From an uncultured virus (IMG/VR IMGVR_UViG_2630968826_000003) (taxonomy: Duplodnaviria > Heunggongvirae > Uroviricota > Caudoviricetes): DNA of 64,000 nt. The notes under the pieces are model-generated. The model searched no databases and was not told the DNA's origin. It saw only the letters and a program-made list of their open reading frames with translations. The position numbers and the translations under genes are program-made. Numbering within the stretch: position 1 is the stretch's first letter; each line of letters starts with the position of its first letter. The stretch lies in IMG/VR virus record IMGVR_UViG_2630968826_000003; one strand, written 5' to 3'. Below, piece by piece: positions 38,622 to 48,804 of the stretch.

Positions 38622-38962
38622 CAGCGAACCCCATCATGTTCCAGACTGAAATGATTACCATCCGGCCTGGATTTGAAGCGCCCGCCCCAGCTGCCGCCCA
38701 GTGACTCCCAGTATTCGCCCAGCGGCAGGTAATCCTCTGTGCGGGTCTGGTACTGGCCGTTAACAAACAGGTTAAAATCCACTGCCAGACGCCGTGTATG
38801 CAGACTGTTGGTAATACCGCTGCCCTTTTTCGCGTTCAGCGCCGCCTGTTCCGGCGTGCGGTACGCCTCCCCGAACGTCAGCCGGTAGCCGTGTTCTTCT
38901 GCCCAGTGGATCAGATTTGCCACCATAACGGTAAACAGCTGCTGTTTTTCACTCAGTGTCAT
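38621..38962 (-). CDS. Endolysin, M15 peptidase family
   Basis: AYRTPEQ, SLH...AVD, WGGRF, DGNHF. Confidence 0.9.
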   Translation of the reverse strand: MTLSEKQQLFTVMVANLIHWAEEHGYRLTFGEAYRTPEQAALNAKKGSGITNSLHTRRLAVDFNLFVNGQYQTRTEDYLPLGEYWESLGGSWGGRFKSRPDGNHFSLEHDGVR

Positions 38963-39252
38963 TTGTCAGCCCCCTTCCCCAGAAAACCGATCCCTTTCTT
39001 ACGTAGCCAGGCTTCAACACCATTAAGGCCAAGAATCCCCAACGCTGAACCAATGCCGGCAAGCGCAAGCGGATGGATATCCGGTACGAAGTAAAGCGCC
39101 ACCCCTGCCGCTACTGATAACGCGCTGCCCACAATGACACGCCCCAGAACCAGACGTGCCGTGATCGGCTCGTCACTGTTCAGCATCTTGCCCAGGGCAA
39201 TCAGCGCCCCCATAATTGCCAGCGCAATAAACCCTTTTTCGTAGTCCTGCAT
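38959..39252 (-). CDS. Holin
   Basis: 97 aa, 3 hydrophobic segments, upstream of the endolysin. Confidence 0.82.
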   Translation of the reverse strand: MQDYEKGFIALAIMGALIALGKMLNSDEPITARLVLGRVIVGSALSVAAGVALYFVPDIHPLALAGIGSALGILGLNGVEAWLRKKGIGFLGKGADK

Positions 39253-39261
39253 CCCTTTTCC

Positions 39262-39717
39262 TTACCCGATCAGATTTTCCGTAGCTTCCGCTTCCAGATA
39301 CGGAACCCCGTTGATGTTGACGAACTTCGGACTGGTCACGAAGTATTTAATTTTGTGCGTGGATACGCTGCCGCCTTTTGGATCAATATCCAGCAGATTG
39401 CTTAACTGCAATTTATTGCCGAACGTCTCGACCTTCACTTCTTCACTGCCTGCTTTGGCGTAGAAAAGAAAATCCAGCGGTTCAATACCTCGCCACGAAC
39501 CTGCGGCGCGGGCTTTGGCTGTCAGTACCTGAAGCACTTTAGAACTGACTTCAATTTCTCCCTCTGCGGCCACATCACCATCAACATGGCCGTCCGGCAC
39601 ACCACGGGTCTGGGCGGCGGCGCTGTTATCCGTGATATCCAGCGAAATTTTTTCTATATGGATCAGTTCACCATCGATGTAGGCATCAAATGACATGCCT
39701 GAAATACGTTTGGTCAT
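39262..39717 (-). CDS. Tail tube protein (DUF2597)
   Basis: RISGMSFD, TRGVPDG.VDGDV, FVNINGVPYL. Confidence 0.82.
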   Translation of the reverse strand: MTKRISGMSFDAYIDGELIHIEKISLDITDNSAAAQTRGVPDGHVDGDVAAEGEIEVSSKVLQVLTAKARAAGSWRGIEPLDFLFYAKAGSEEVKVETFGNKLQLSNLLDIDPKGGSVSTHKIKYFVTSPKFVNINGVPYLEAEATENLIG

Positions 39718-40841
39718 GCTGCGGCCTCCAGACTGGCATCCAGTAACAGGCTGATAGTGATTTGCAGCGGCACTTCATACGTGCGTACCACAATGTAAAT
39801 ATCCACCGCCTTCTTGCTCTTCCAGACAATAGAGACATCTCCATCCTGCGGCGGCTTCACCTCTCCCGGAAACGACACACCGTTAATGTTGGCCGCCGTG
39901 GACATTTCGCGCAGTGGGCGGGCAAACAACGTCTGGTGTGCCGCGATGCTGCCCGGCGTACTGTTCAGCGAACGATCGGCAATTTTACCGATAGCCAGCA
40001 GGCGGACACGACGGGCGGCCTTGTCCACAATACGCAGCGTCTCAATGGACTGATAATCACCCCCTTCCACATCCAGCGTACGTCCGTCAGCCCAGTAAAA
40101 GCCGTCATAATCCGGATACCACATCGGCACGCTGTAGCGCTGCGCTTCCAGCGCTTTAAGGGTGGCCAGCTCCAGTGTTTTCCCGGTGCCATCTTCCGGC
40201 AGTTCATCGCTGCCCAGATTAAGCAACGCCCCGGTTTTCACCCTCGCCGGACTGTCAGCAACCGTCACCGCCCGGTTACACAGGCGACCGGCCAGCACGC
40301 CCGGTTCATTCCCCCACAGACGCGGAACCAGCTGAACCGCTTTCTCTGCAATACCCTGCTGAAGGGTGGACAGACGTTTCAGGTAATCCGCCTGGGCTTC
40401 ATCCTCCTGCATTCCCTGAACCGCCAGGATGAACCACACCCAGCGCCCGTATTGCGCAATCAGTTCAGATCTCAGCGTTGCCGCCTGGTTAATCTGTTCT
40501 TTTGCCGCCACATCATCCGACAGCACCACGCCTTCCACCGAGCAGGAAACCTGTGCAGCTTTGACGGCATCCACCCACGCGCCCGGCTCACTGTCTGCGG
40601 CCAGTACATGAACAAATCCCCACCAGTTCTGGCCGGCGTTCGCCATTGCCGCCAGTACATCGCTTTTTAACGGGCTGTTCCCCTCGCCCAGTAGTGCGTT
40701 AAAGTCACTCTGTGCATTAACAGCCAGCGTTTTACCCACATTTTTGGTACCCGTACCGATAAACAGCAACGTGCGCTCCACCTCGTTGGTTTCACCCAGT
40801 AACTGGTTTACCTGGTTAACGGTCACGGTTGGCCAGGTCAT
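39714..40841 (-). CDS. Tail sheath protein (DUF2586)
   Basis: MTWPTVTVNQVN, YSVPMWYPDYDG. Confidence 0.85.
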   Translation of the reverse strand: MTWPTVTVNQVNQLLGETNEVERTLLFIGTGTKNVGKTLAVNAQSDFNALLGEGNSPLKSDVLAAMANAGQNWWGFVHVLAADSEPGAWVDAVKAAQVSCSVEGVVLSDDVAAKEQINQAATLRSELIAQYGRWVWFILAVQGMQEDEAQADYLKRLSTLQQGIAEKAVQLVPRLWGNEPGVLAGRLCNRAVTVADSPARVKTGALLNLGSDELPEDGTGKTLELATLKALEAQRYSVPMWYPDYDGFYWADGRTLDVEGGDYQSIETLRIVDKAARRVRLLAIGKIADRSLNSTPGSIAAHQTLFARPLREMSTAANINGVSFPGEVKPPQDGDVSIVWKSKKAVDIYIVVRTYEVPLQITISLLLDASLEAAA

Positions 40842-41545
40842 GTTTTCCCCTTAATATCCTGCGCCTTTACATTCCAGCCAAAGCCTATAGCCTGAAGCTG
40901 ACGCGCCAGCGCTTTATCAAATTCATCGTCATTCATGCCCAGAAATACGCGGGCAGGAAGATCCACTGTCCAGCTGGTTTTCACTGCTTTACCACTCAGC
41001 TTTCGAATCAGTAATCCGGCCTGGCTGTATGGCATCGTCCGCGTGATATCGCCCAGCGTGGGCTTTTTCCAGCGTTTTCCGGTTCTCACCCGATACCCCA
41101 GCGCACGCAGTTTTTTAGCCTGGGCAGGTGTCGCCATTTTTCCGGCGTCCGCCTTACGTGGCTGACTGCTGCGGCTGACCTTTACCCGCATTCCGTTTTG
41201 TTGCGCATAACCTACGGTTCCTGCCGGAACCGGCGTTTCCCCGTTCCGGTACCCGCCGCCCTGCAAATAGATCCGTACGGCCTGAATCTCAGGCATTTCG
41301 CGGATATGAAGCAGCTTTGGCAGGTTACGCAGCATCTTCCCTTTGCGTTTTGTCTTACGTCCCGGCCATTTCTGGCCGTCCGGGGATTCCTGGTTACGAA
41401 CATGTCTTTTTGCAGCAGCAATCACGCCATATTTCGCCAGACGCCAGATCAGCCGCTGGCGCTTCTGCGGTGGCAACTCCATACTGGCCAGTGCCTTACG
41501 TAATTCAGTCAGCTGTTTTTTATTCAGCTCGCCACCGGCTATCAT
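40838..41545 (-). CDS. Tail completion protein (gpS-like)
   Basis: QESPDGQKW.GRK, LPARVFLG. Confidence 0.8.
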   Translation of the reverse strand: MIAGGELNKKQLTELRKALASMELPPQKRQRLIWRLAKYGVIAAAKRHVRNQESPDGQKWPGRKTKRKGKMLRNLPKLLHIREMPEIQAVRIYLQGGGYRNGETPVPAGTVGYAQQNGMRVKVSRSSQPRKADAGKMATPAQAKKLRALGYRVRTGKRWKKPTLGDITRTMPYSQAGLLIRKLSGKAVKTSWTVDLPARVFLGMNDDEFDKALARQLQAIGFGWNVKAQDIKGKT

Positions 41546-42048
41546 ATTTCCCCGCTCACCGGCGCCCCGGTTTCATCCACACTGAAAATGCTGGCAGTTA
41601 ACGCCGTCCAGATTTCAGGATCTGCCAGTGACCAGCGTTCACCACGCCACGGAATAGCCCCGTTTTCGTCCTGCCTGATCACCAGTTCTTCCACCATCGG
41701 AACGGTCAGCACCACAGTGGCGGTTTCCTCATCTTCCACCGACACATCCCAGTCAGGTTCGGCTTCACTCAGCCCGACTTCATCCAGCAGGTCTCTGTCT
41801 GCATCATCCAGCCACGCCGCCAGTAAGGACATAAGTAACTGCGGCGGACACAGGCGATAGGGAAAACGCGCCCAGCTCAGAACTGCGTCATACCGAATAA
41901 CCGCCTGACGATATTGCCCCAGCCCGTAATCCTTCGCGGCGGGGATGAACTTCATTTCATCCAGTACGCTGTCAAATGACTGCATCGCCCGCGGCGGAAC
42001 GTTCTCCTGAAAAAAAGCGGTCAGGCTTTGGATCTGCGTCTGGCTCAT
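41542..42048 (-). CDS. Tail completion protein (gpR-like)
   Basis: Acidic 168 aa, YDAVLSW.RFPY; position. Confidence 0.75.
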   Translation of the reverse strand: MSQTQIQSLTAFFQENVPPRAMQSFDSVLDEMKFIPAAKDYGLGQYRQAVIRYDAVLSWARFPYRLCPPQLLMSLLAAWLDDADRDLLDEVGLSEAEPDWDVSVEDEETATVVLTVPMVEELVIRQDENGAIPWRGERWSLADPEIWTALTASIFSVDETGAPVSGEI

Positions 42049-42497
42049 ACTTTTTTCACCGTTGCCCGTTTAAGCCCCTTCATGCGACGGATCACCACGG
42101 ACGCCTCAGCCAGTAACCCGGCCCGTGTCTCCTGGCTTTCCTGCCCCGGATGGGTATCACGCCGTCCGATAGTGGCGAACTCACCCAATAGATCCGCTTT
42201 TGCCCTGGCAAAAACGGCTTTCATGTACTGGGCGCACAGGCTGTTAAGTCCGCCCATCTTTACACCCGGCACATCTGCCGCCAGCGTATGGCCTTTCGCT
42301 TTCCAGCTGGCCTCCACGTTTTCCAGCTCGGCATTCACCTCCGCGACAGCGGCAAGCAGCGCCTGGCTGATGGTGTCAGCGTCAATATCTGGCGGTAGTG
42401 ACCGCTGCACCTGAAAATCCTTCAGATTCAGATCCGGCCAGAAACCGTTATTGGCCAGCGGCTCGTCCTGATAATCCAGCGGTTTTCCACTAAACAT
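42045..42497 (-). CDS. L: Head completion protein L
   Basis: MFSG...NNGFWPDL, AVFARAKADLL. Confidence 0.85.
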   Translation of the reverse strand: MFSGKPLDYQDEPLANNGFWPDLNLKDFQVQRSLPPDIDADTISQALLAAVAEVNAELENVEASWKAKGHTLAADVPGVKMGGLNSLCAQYMKAVFARAKADLLGEFATIGRRDTHPGQESQETRAGLLAEASVVIRRMKGLKRATVKKV

Positions 42498-42593
42498 AAA
42501 TCCCCCGAAAAAGGCGGACTGACCGGTTTCCACGGCGCAATGACACACAAGGTGTTTTGCCCTCCACCGCGTCCGCCTGGCGTACGGTAGTCT

Positions 42594-43295
42594 TTACCCC
42601 TGCGTCAGTTTTCGGACACGTGCGGCAATGGTCTGCCGCGCTGTTCTGACGCCAATTTTTGAGTAGTGTTTTTCTGCGATGGCCAGCAAATGATCGGCTT
42701 TTTCCAGCGTTTCAATATCATCCACACCCGCAGCAGTTTGCTGGCCATCCTCATTGCGCAGCAGCTCCAGCCCCGCAAATTTGTACCACTTGGCTGTTAC
42801 CTGCTCATGCAGTCGCCATACCCCTGCCACACGTTCAAACGTACGGGAGAAATACGGCTCAATACTTTCTCCGCGCCCGGCGCTTTCCTGCGCCCATGCC
42901 AGCATCGTATCGGCCACAAACGTGGGAAAATTGCTGCGTAACTGATCCGGTGTGGCCTGTTGCTGACTGATTGCGATATCAGCCCATTCCAGCGCCTGAT
43001 CCAGCTCGCCCACGTCAAACAGCCAGATAACACACCAGGCAAATACCGGATTGGCGTACACCTGCTTGCTTTCCAGATACGCTTCAACAGTCGGTACCCA
43101 GCGCGGCAGCAACACATCCCTTTTAAACTCAATGCGATCCGCGATTGTCGGCAGGCTGCGTACGTGCCCCACATCCGTTTCCAGCGCTTTGACCAGAAGG
43201 TGCATACTTTCCGTGGTTTCCAGCGCCTGGCTTCGCTTCAGCTTTTGTTCCATCGCAATGCGCTGGCTGTGACGCTGCGCGGGAGAAAGTGCCAT
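42594..43295 (-). CDS. M: Terminase small subunit M
   Basis: LSPAQRH, VIWLFDVG, AKWYKFAG. Confidence 0.85.
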   Translation of the reverse strand: MALSPAQRHSQRIAMEQKLKRSQALETTESMHLLVKALETDVGHVRSLPTIADRIEFKRDVLLPRWVPTVEAYLESKQVYANPVFAWCVIWLFDVGELDQALEWADIAISQQQATPDQLRSNFPTFVADTMLAWAQESAGRGESIEPYFSRTFERVAGVWRLHEQVTAKWYKFAGLELLRNEDGQQTAAGVDDIETLEKADHLLAIAEKHYSKIGVRTARQTIAARVRKLTQG

Positions 43296-43298
43296 TTA

Positions 43299-44321
43299 TC
43301 AGCCCTCCGCTGGTTCGGAAACCTTGCCGATAGTTACGGCGGATTCATCAATGGCCGCATACAGTTCCGGCACTTCCACCGCATATCCTTCATTGCGCAG
43401 GTATTTGTTTTCGAACTGCTTACGGTCTTCCACAAACTCCGCCTTACGCATACGGGTATTGCGCTGGGTATAGATGTGCAGATTTTTCAGCGGCGTCACC
43501 ACCATGCGTTTTCCCGGCATAAAAGGCGGGATAATGGCCGGACGGCCAGCAATGGTATTCCCCAGCAACTGCGCTGCGATTTTTTCAGTCGGACGGTCTG
43601 CGGCCTGATACAGGCGATACTGTTCAGCAGCAACCAGATCAGCCCCCACCAGAACCACCAGACGCGGGTCATTGCGGAACTGCGCCGGAATTTTGGCGTT
43701 AATCAGGTCTGACGCCATTGCATCCAGTGATTTGTAATCCCCGGCTGCGTCCAGCACCACCGGATCGGTCATAATCTGATTGCCGCCCAGCAGCGTTTTC
43801 ATGCGCTCATGCCAGCCGATGTTCACATCTTCACCGTTCGGGTTAGCTTCGGGATCAGTGGTTTTTGCGCGGCTCTTACCGTTAAAGCCAATACGCAACA
43901 TATCCAGTGCAAAAGCCTGTGTGGTAAATGCCTGGACAAGGTTATAAAACTCGTTTTCATCCTTACCGGCGTTTGCCCAGACCGAAAGCAGATCCCAGCG
44001 CAACGCGGCGCAGCTGTCTGTTTCAACCAGTGAATAGTCGTTTCCGTCCACACCAACCTGGCGAATAAAACGGCCACTTTCACTACGTCCTGTGTGTAAT
44101 ACGGAAGAACCAACGGAAATCACCTGGCCACTCAGCTGATCAACATCCAGACAGGTAAGCATGTCCAGGAATTCGACGGATTCCAGCAGCGCAAGACGCA
44201 GCGCATTTTCCTGCGGGTTATTCAGGGAAAAATAACGGCTGGCATCACGCGCCCCAAACTGCTGCGCCATGCCCGCCGAATATCCGTCCAGTAATTCCCG
44301 CGCACGGTTATTAAGGTGCAT
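43299..44321 (-). CDS. N: Major capsid protein N
   Basis: ALDMLRIGFNG, NPNGEDVNIGW, NLHIYTQ. Confidence 0.92.
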   Translation of the reverse strand: MHLNNRARELLDGYSAGMAQQFGARDASRYFSLNNPQENALRLALLESVEFLDMLTCLDVDQLSGQVISVGSSVLHTGRSESGRFIRQVGVDGNDYSLVETDSCAALRWDLLSVWANAGKDENEFYNLVQAFTTQAFALDMLRIGFNGKSRAKTTDPEANPNGEDVNIGWHERMKTLLGGNQIMTDPVVLDAAGDYKSLDAMASDLINAKIPAQFRNDPRLVVLVGADLVAAEQYRLYQAADRPTEKIAAQLLGNTIAGRPAIIPPFMPGKRMVVTPLKNLHIYTQRNTRMRKAEFVEDRKQFENKYLRNEGYAVEVPELYAAIDESAVTIGKVSEPAEG

Positions 44322-44382
44322 AAAACTCCCTCGCGATTAAGCGATAATAAAAATATTTGAAACTAATCAGCGTTAAAGTGAA

Positions 44383-45186
44383 TTACAGGAAATTAAACTT
44401 TCCGGCTTTCTCTGAAATTTTGCGGCCTGGTGTACGGACTGATTTATTTCCCAAATCGTTAAAACGCTTAACGATATCTTTTGCATTATCACGAATGGCG
44501 GCAAATTCTTCTGTATCCACCACTTCCGCAATAGTATCCACATCACCCTGAACATCATTCAGTTGATTTTCAATTTTGGCCACACGGCCTTCCAGTTCGT
44601 TTACCGCGTTTGCCAGTGCCTGTAACTTATCATCACCCTGCGTGGTATCATCTGGCGGCGTTTCATCTTCAAACTTCGGTTTAATACCAAACAATTTTTG
44701 CCAGTTCTTCATTCTTTCTTCCTGTTTTATTTTTCCATCACGGGAAATTACACAGCCGTAATAACCCTGCTTAGATAATTTTTTGCGCCGACTGCTAAAG
44801 CGCAGCCGTGTGGTGCCAACACTGGCTGGCGTGTCTGTTACTGCCAGTCCTTTCAGGTAAGTCCGTCCGCTACCACGCCAGTTTTCTTCCGGCTCAATGG
44901 AGAAGAACAAAAGCTGATCTTCATGATTGGCGAAAATCAGACGTATATTCGGGCATAAACTGACATACAACCGCGCCAGTCCATCTTCACCATCATTCCA
45001 TGTGGCCTCCAGAACTTCGCCAAAATTGCCGTAATCGTCCTCATGCTCTGGCCAGATTAAAGCGACATAGTGGTTATAGTCATAGGTTTCCCCCATATCG
45101 ATAATCCACTGGCGTTTAATTATCCTGCCGTCAACGGTATCTCCTTCAGTAGCAACACACAGCCAGTCAGTTTTTAAATGTGACAT
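44383..45186 (-). CDS. O: Capsid scaffold/protease O
   Basis: VATEGDTVDGR, YLKGLAVTDTPASVGT. Confidence 0.92.
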   Translation of the reverse strand: MSHLKTDWLCVATEGDTVDGRIIKRQWIIDMGETYDYNHYVALIWPEHEDDYGNFGEVLEATWNDGEDGLARLYVSLCPNIRLIFANHEDQLLFFSIEPEENWRGSGRTYLKGLAVTDTPASVGTTRLRFSSRRKKLSKQGYYGCVISRDGKIKQEERMKNWQKLFGIKPKFEDETPPDDTTQGDDKLQALANAVNELEGRVAKIENQLNDVQGDVDTIAEVVDTEEFAAIRDNAKDIVKRFNDLGNKSVRTPGRKISEKAGKFNFL

Positions 45187-45346
45187 ATCCCCCCTGTTCC
45201 ACTTCCTGACGCTGCAAATCAATTATTGCCAAATAAAACCATTGCTGCATTACGTTTTATTCTGAACAGTTCGGATATAACGCTTTACCGAATGCAGACG
45301 AATTATCACCACCGTTTTTTTATTACAGCCACGGCATAATTACCGC

Positions 45347-47122
45347 ATGGCTAAATACTCTGAAGAATTAAAAGGCGTTGTCCGCGCACTTTATCTGCGC
45401 CGCTATACGCCAAAAGAAATTGCATCTGAATTAAATCTGCCGAATGCGCGGATAGTTTACTACTGGGCTGAAAAATACAGATGGGCTGATTTGCTCAGTT
45501 TTGAAAGCACTGAAGAGGCTATCGAACGCCGCTACCAGTTACTGGCCAGCCGGGATAACAAAACCGATCTCGACCTGAAAGAAATGGACATGCTCATTGC
45601 TCACGCCACAAAACTGCGTGCGCAAAGCAATAAGCATAAAGAAAAGATGGCCAGCGGTCAGAACTCCGGGCAGGCAGATGCGCGGGACAGCAATGATGAC
45701 GAACCCCGCCGCAAACGGAAATACAAGAAAAACGATATTTCCTCTCTGACCCAGGCGGATTTTGACACCTGGGCGGAAGAACATCTTTTTGAATACCAGA
45801 AACACCTGCGCCGGAACATTGGCCAGCTGGTCAGAAACATCCTCAAAAGCCGCCAGATAGGTGCGACCTGGTATTTTGCATTTGAAGCCTTTGAAAACGC
45901 GGTCATGACAGGCGATCCGCAAATCTTCCTGTCTGCCTCCAAAGTCCAGGCGGAATACTTCCGGTCTTACATCGTAAATATTGCTGAACAGTATTTCGGG
46001 ATCACGCTGACCGGCAACCCCATCCGCTTGTCCAACGGCGCGGAGCTGCGCTTCCTGTCCACCAACAAGAACACCGCCCAGTCCTACAGCGGCCACCTGT
46101 ACTGTGATGAATATTTCTGGGTTCCAAATTTCACAAAACTTAATGAAGTGGCCAGTGCAATGGCCACACATGACAAGTGGCGTACCACCTACTTTTCAAC
46201 ACCGTCAGCTAAAACTCACCAGGCGTACCCGTTCTGGACAGGCGATGAATGGAAACAGGGCAGTAAAAAACGTACTGCCATTAAGTTTCCGACCTTTGAT
46301 GAATTGCGCGACGGCGGGCGGGTTTGTCCGGATGGCCAGTGGCGCTACGTCATTACTATGGAGGATGCTATTGCGGGCGGCTTCAATCTGGCCAACATCG
46401 AGAAGCTGCGCAACCGCTACAACACAGCCACTTTCAACATGCTCTATATGTGCGTGTTCGTGGACAATAAAGATTCCGTTTTCAGCTTTTCCGACCTGGA
46501 AGCCTGCGGCGTGGAAGTGGATACCTGGCAGGATCATAACCCGGACGCCGCCCGGCCATTTGGTGACAGGCCAGTATGGGGCGGCTTTGATCCGGCTCGC
46601 AGCGGGGATTTGTCCTGTTTTGTGATTGTGGCGCCGCCGATGTTCGCCGTGGAGAAATTCCGCGTTCTGAAGGTGATTTACTGGAAAGGGATGAACTTCC
46701 GGTACCAGGCAAAGCAGATCGAGCAGCTGTTTAAAAAATACAACTTCACCTATCTGGGCGTGGACGTTACCGGTATTGGCCAGGGCGTTTTTGACAACAT
46801 TCAGCATTTTGCTATGCGTGTGGCCGTCGCCATTCGTTACGACCTGAACACAAAAAATCAGCTGGTACTGAAGGCGGCTGACGTGGTCGAAAGTCAGCGA
46901 ATTGAATGGGACAAAAACCTGAAAGAGATCCCGGCCAGCTTTATGTCCGTACGCCGCACAACCACGCAAAGCGGTAACGCCATGACCTTTGTTGCAGACC
47001 GCAGCCAGGACACAGGACACGCCGAAGCGTTCTGGGCGATAACCCACGCCCTGCATAACGAACCTCTGAACTATGAAAATAAACCTAAATCACGCTGGAA
47101 TTTAAGGAACAAGGCAGCATGA
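45347..47122 (+). CDS. P: Terminase large subunit P
   Basis: LKSRQIGATW, YCDEYFW, GGFDPAR. Confidence 0.95.
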   Translation: MAKYSEELKGVVRALYLRRYTPKEIASELNLPNARIVYYWAEKYRWADLLSFESTEEAIERRYQLLASRDNKTDLDLKEMDMLIAHATKLRAQSNKHKEKMASGQNSGQADARDSNDDEPRRKRKYKKNDISSLTQADFDTWAEEHLFEYQKHLRRNIGQLVRNILKSRQIGATWYFAFEAFENAVMTGDPQIFLSASKVQAEYFRSYIVNIAEQYFGITLTGNPIRLSNGAELRFLSTNKNTAQSYSGHLYCDEYFWVPNFTKLNEVASAMATHDKWRTTYFSTPSAKTHQAYPFWTGDEWKQGSKKRTAIKFPTFDELRDGGRVCPDGQWRYVITMEDAIAGGFNLANIEKLRNRYNTATFNMLYMCVFVDNKDSVFSFSDLEACGVEVDTWQDHNPDAARPFGDRPVWGGFDPARSGDLSCFVIVAPPMFAVEKFRVLKVIYWKGMNFRYQAKQIEQLFKKYNFTYLGVDVTGIGQGVFDNIQHFAMRVAVAIRYDLNTKNQLVLKAADVVESQRIEWDKNLKEIPASFMSVRRTTTQSGNAMTFVADRSQDTGHAEAFWAITHALHNEPLNYENKPKSRWNLRNKAA

Positions 47123-48180
47123 GTAAAAAGAAACACTTCATTAAGCGCGACCAGCGCGGCGATAAGTCAAAAAAAATGAGCATCATTACGTTCGGCAAAC
47201 CGGAACCGGTTCTGACCACTGGCACCGACTACCGGGATATCTGGTACGACAATGCCGCCGATCATTTTACTCAGCCAATTGACCGGCTGGCACTGGCACA
47301 ACTGATTAACCTTAACGGTCAACATGGCGGTATCATCCACGCCCGTAAAAACATGATTGTGTCTGATTATCTGTCTGGCGGCCTGACTTACGACCAACTG
47401 GAAGCCGCAGCTTTTGACTACATCACATTTGGGGATATTGCGCTTGGAAAAATTCGTAACGGATGGGGAGATGTGATCGGACTGGAACCCTTACCCGGCC
47501 TCTATATCCGACGCAGGAAAGACAGGAACAACGCAACTGATCAACCTGGTGATTACGTGGTGTTACAGGAAGGCGAACCGCAGATATGGCCTGAAGAAGA
47601 TATTATCTTCATCAAAATGTATGATCCGCAACAGCATATTTACGGACTGCCGGACTACATCGGCGGCGTACATTCTGCATTACTCAACAGTGAAGCGGTC
47701 ATTTTCCGTCGCCGTTACTACCACAATGGCGCCCACACTGGCGGCATTCTCTACACGCGCGATCCCAGCATGACGGATGAAATGGAAGAGGAAATTGAAC
47801 AGCAGCTGCGTGACAGCAAAGGGATCGGCAACTTCTCCACCATCCTGGTAAACATTCCCGGTGGAGACGGTGACGCCATCAAATTCATTGAAATGGGGGA
47901 TATTTCCGCTAAGGATGAATTTGCCAACATCAAAAATATCAGCGCCCAGGATATTCTGAACGCGCACCGTTTTCCTGCCGGGCTTGCCGGCATTGTCCCG
48001 CAAAATACTGCCGGACTTGGTGACGTAGAAAAGGCCGAACGGATTTATAAAAAAAGCGAAGTCGCCCCTGTTCAGCGCCGGTTTATGATGGCCGTAAACA
48101 ATGATCCAGAAATACCGGAAAGGCTACACCTTAACTTTGATTTAAGTTACGCAGAATCAACGGATAAGGGTGCAGCATGA
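47119..48180 (+). CDS. Q: Portal protein Q
   Basis: QHIYGLPDY, FRRRYYHNGAHTG, AHRFPAGL. Confidence 0.95.
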   Translation: MSKKKHFIKRDQRGDKSKKMSIITFGKPEPVLTTGTDYRDIWYDNAADHFTQPIDRLALAQLINLNGQHGGIIHARKNMIVSDYLSGGLTYDQLEAAAFDYITFGDIALGKIRNGWGDVIGLEPLPGLYIRRRKDRNNATDQPGDYVVLQEGEPQIWPEEDIIFIKMYDPQQHIYGLPDYIGGVHSALLNSEAVIFRRRYYHNGAHTGGILYTRDPSMTDEMEEEIEQQLRDSKGIGNFSTILVNIPGGDGDAIKFIEMGDISAKDEFANIKNISAQDILNAHRFPAGLAGIVPQNTAGLGDVEKAERIYKKSEVAPVQRRFMMAVNNDPEIPERLHLNFDLSYAESTDKGAA

Positions 48181-48230
48181 GTCAAAAAAGGCTAAAATCC
48201 AGGCATCATTTAACAGCTGGAGCATGGAAT

Positions 48231-48500
48231 ATGCGAGTTCTGAAAATCGAATGCCCGGAATGCGGCTCAAAAGCTGTTATTCGTAAAACGAACCGGAAAC
48301 ACCGGCAGATTGCCGATATTTACTGCGCCTGTTCAGATGTTGAGTGTGGCCACACGTTTGTTATGAATCTGACGTTCTCCCACACTCTCAGCCCAAGCGC
48401 TAAAACAGGTGATGCTATGGTGCAAAAAATACTGAATGCCCTTTCACCCGATCAGCGTCAGATGGCATTAGACCTACTGAAAGCGACTCCTGCCGCCTGA
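48231..48500 (+). CDS. ogr: Ogr/Delta-family late activator
   Basis: CPECG...YCACSDVECGHTF zinc finger. Confidence 0.9.
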   Translation: MRVLKIECPECGSKAVIRKTNRKHRQIADIYCACSDVECGHTFVMNLTFSHTLSPSAKTGDAMVQKILNALSPDQRQMALDLLKATPAA

Positions 48501-48692
48501 TAAGCCCCCTTTTTGGGGGCTTTTGCCTTCATATTCATCAAGCTTATTTTCCAGATCCGAAGTCAATTCGCTCAGCCAGGCCAGTGCTATATCTTTTTCA
48601 CAGCCAGTGCACTTACTGTTTGCAATCAACCGGGTAAACAAAGCAATCCGTTGCAATGCGATGGTTTCCAAAAACAAATCCTGCACAAGCAT
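48474..48692 (-). CDS. Tum-like antirepressor
   Basis: QDLFLETIALQRI...IALAWLSELT, similar to 15628-15816; AGGAGG SD (GTG at 48686 is an alternative start); LexA box upstream. Confidence 0.68.
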   Translation of the reverse strand: MLVQDLFLETIALQRIALFTRLIANSKCTGCEKDIALAWLSELTSDLENKLDEYEGKSPQKGGLSGGRSRFQ

Positions 48693-48710
48693 CCTCCTAA
48701 AAACGAATAA

Positions 48711-48726
48711 CTGTATATAATTACAG
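48711..48726. promoter_or_regulatory. LexA (SOS) box
   Basis: CTG-TATATAATTA-CAG. Confidence 0.85.
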
Positions 48727-48804
48727 TATACATTTAAGCACAAAATGTAAAAGGGATTTTTCCTGCTATTTAGTGATAAGCGGTTACCTTTCACAGACTT
48801 AAAA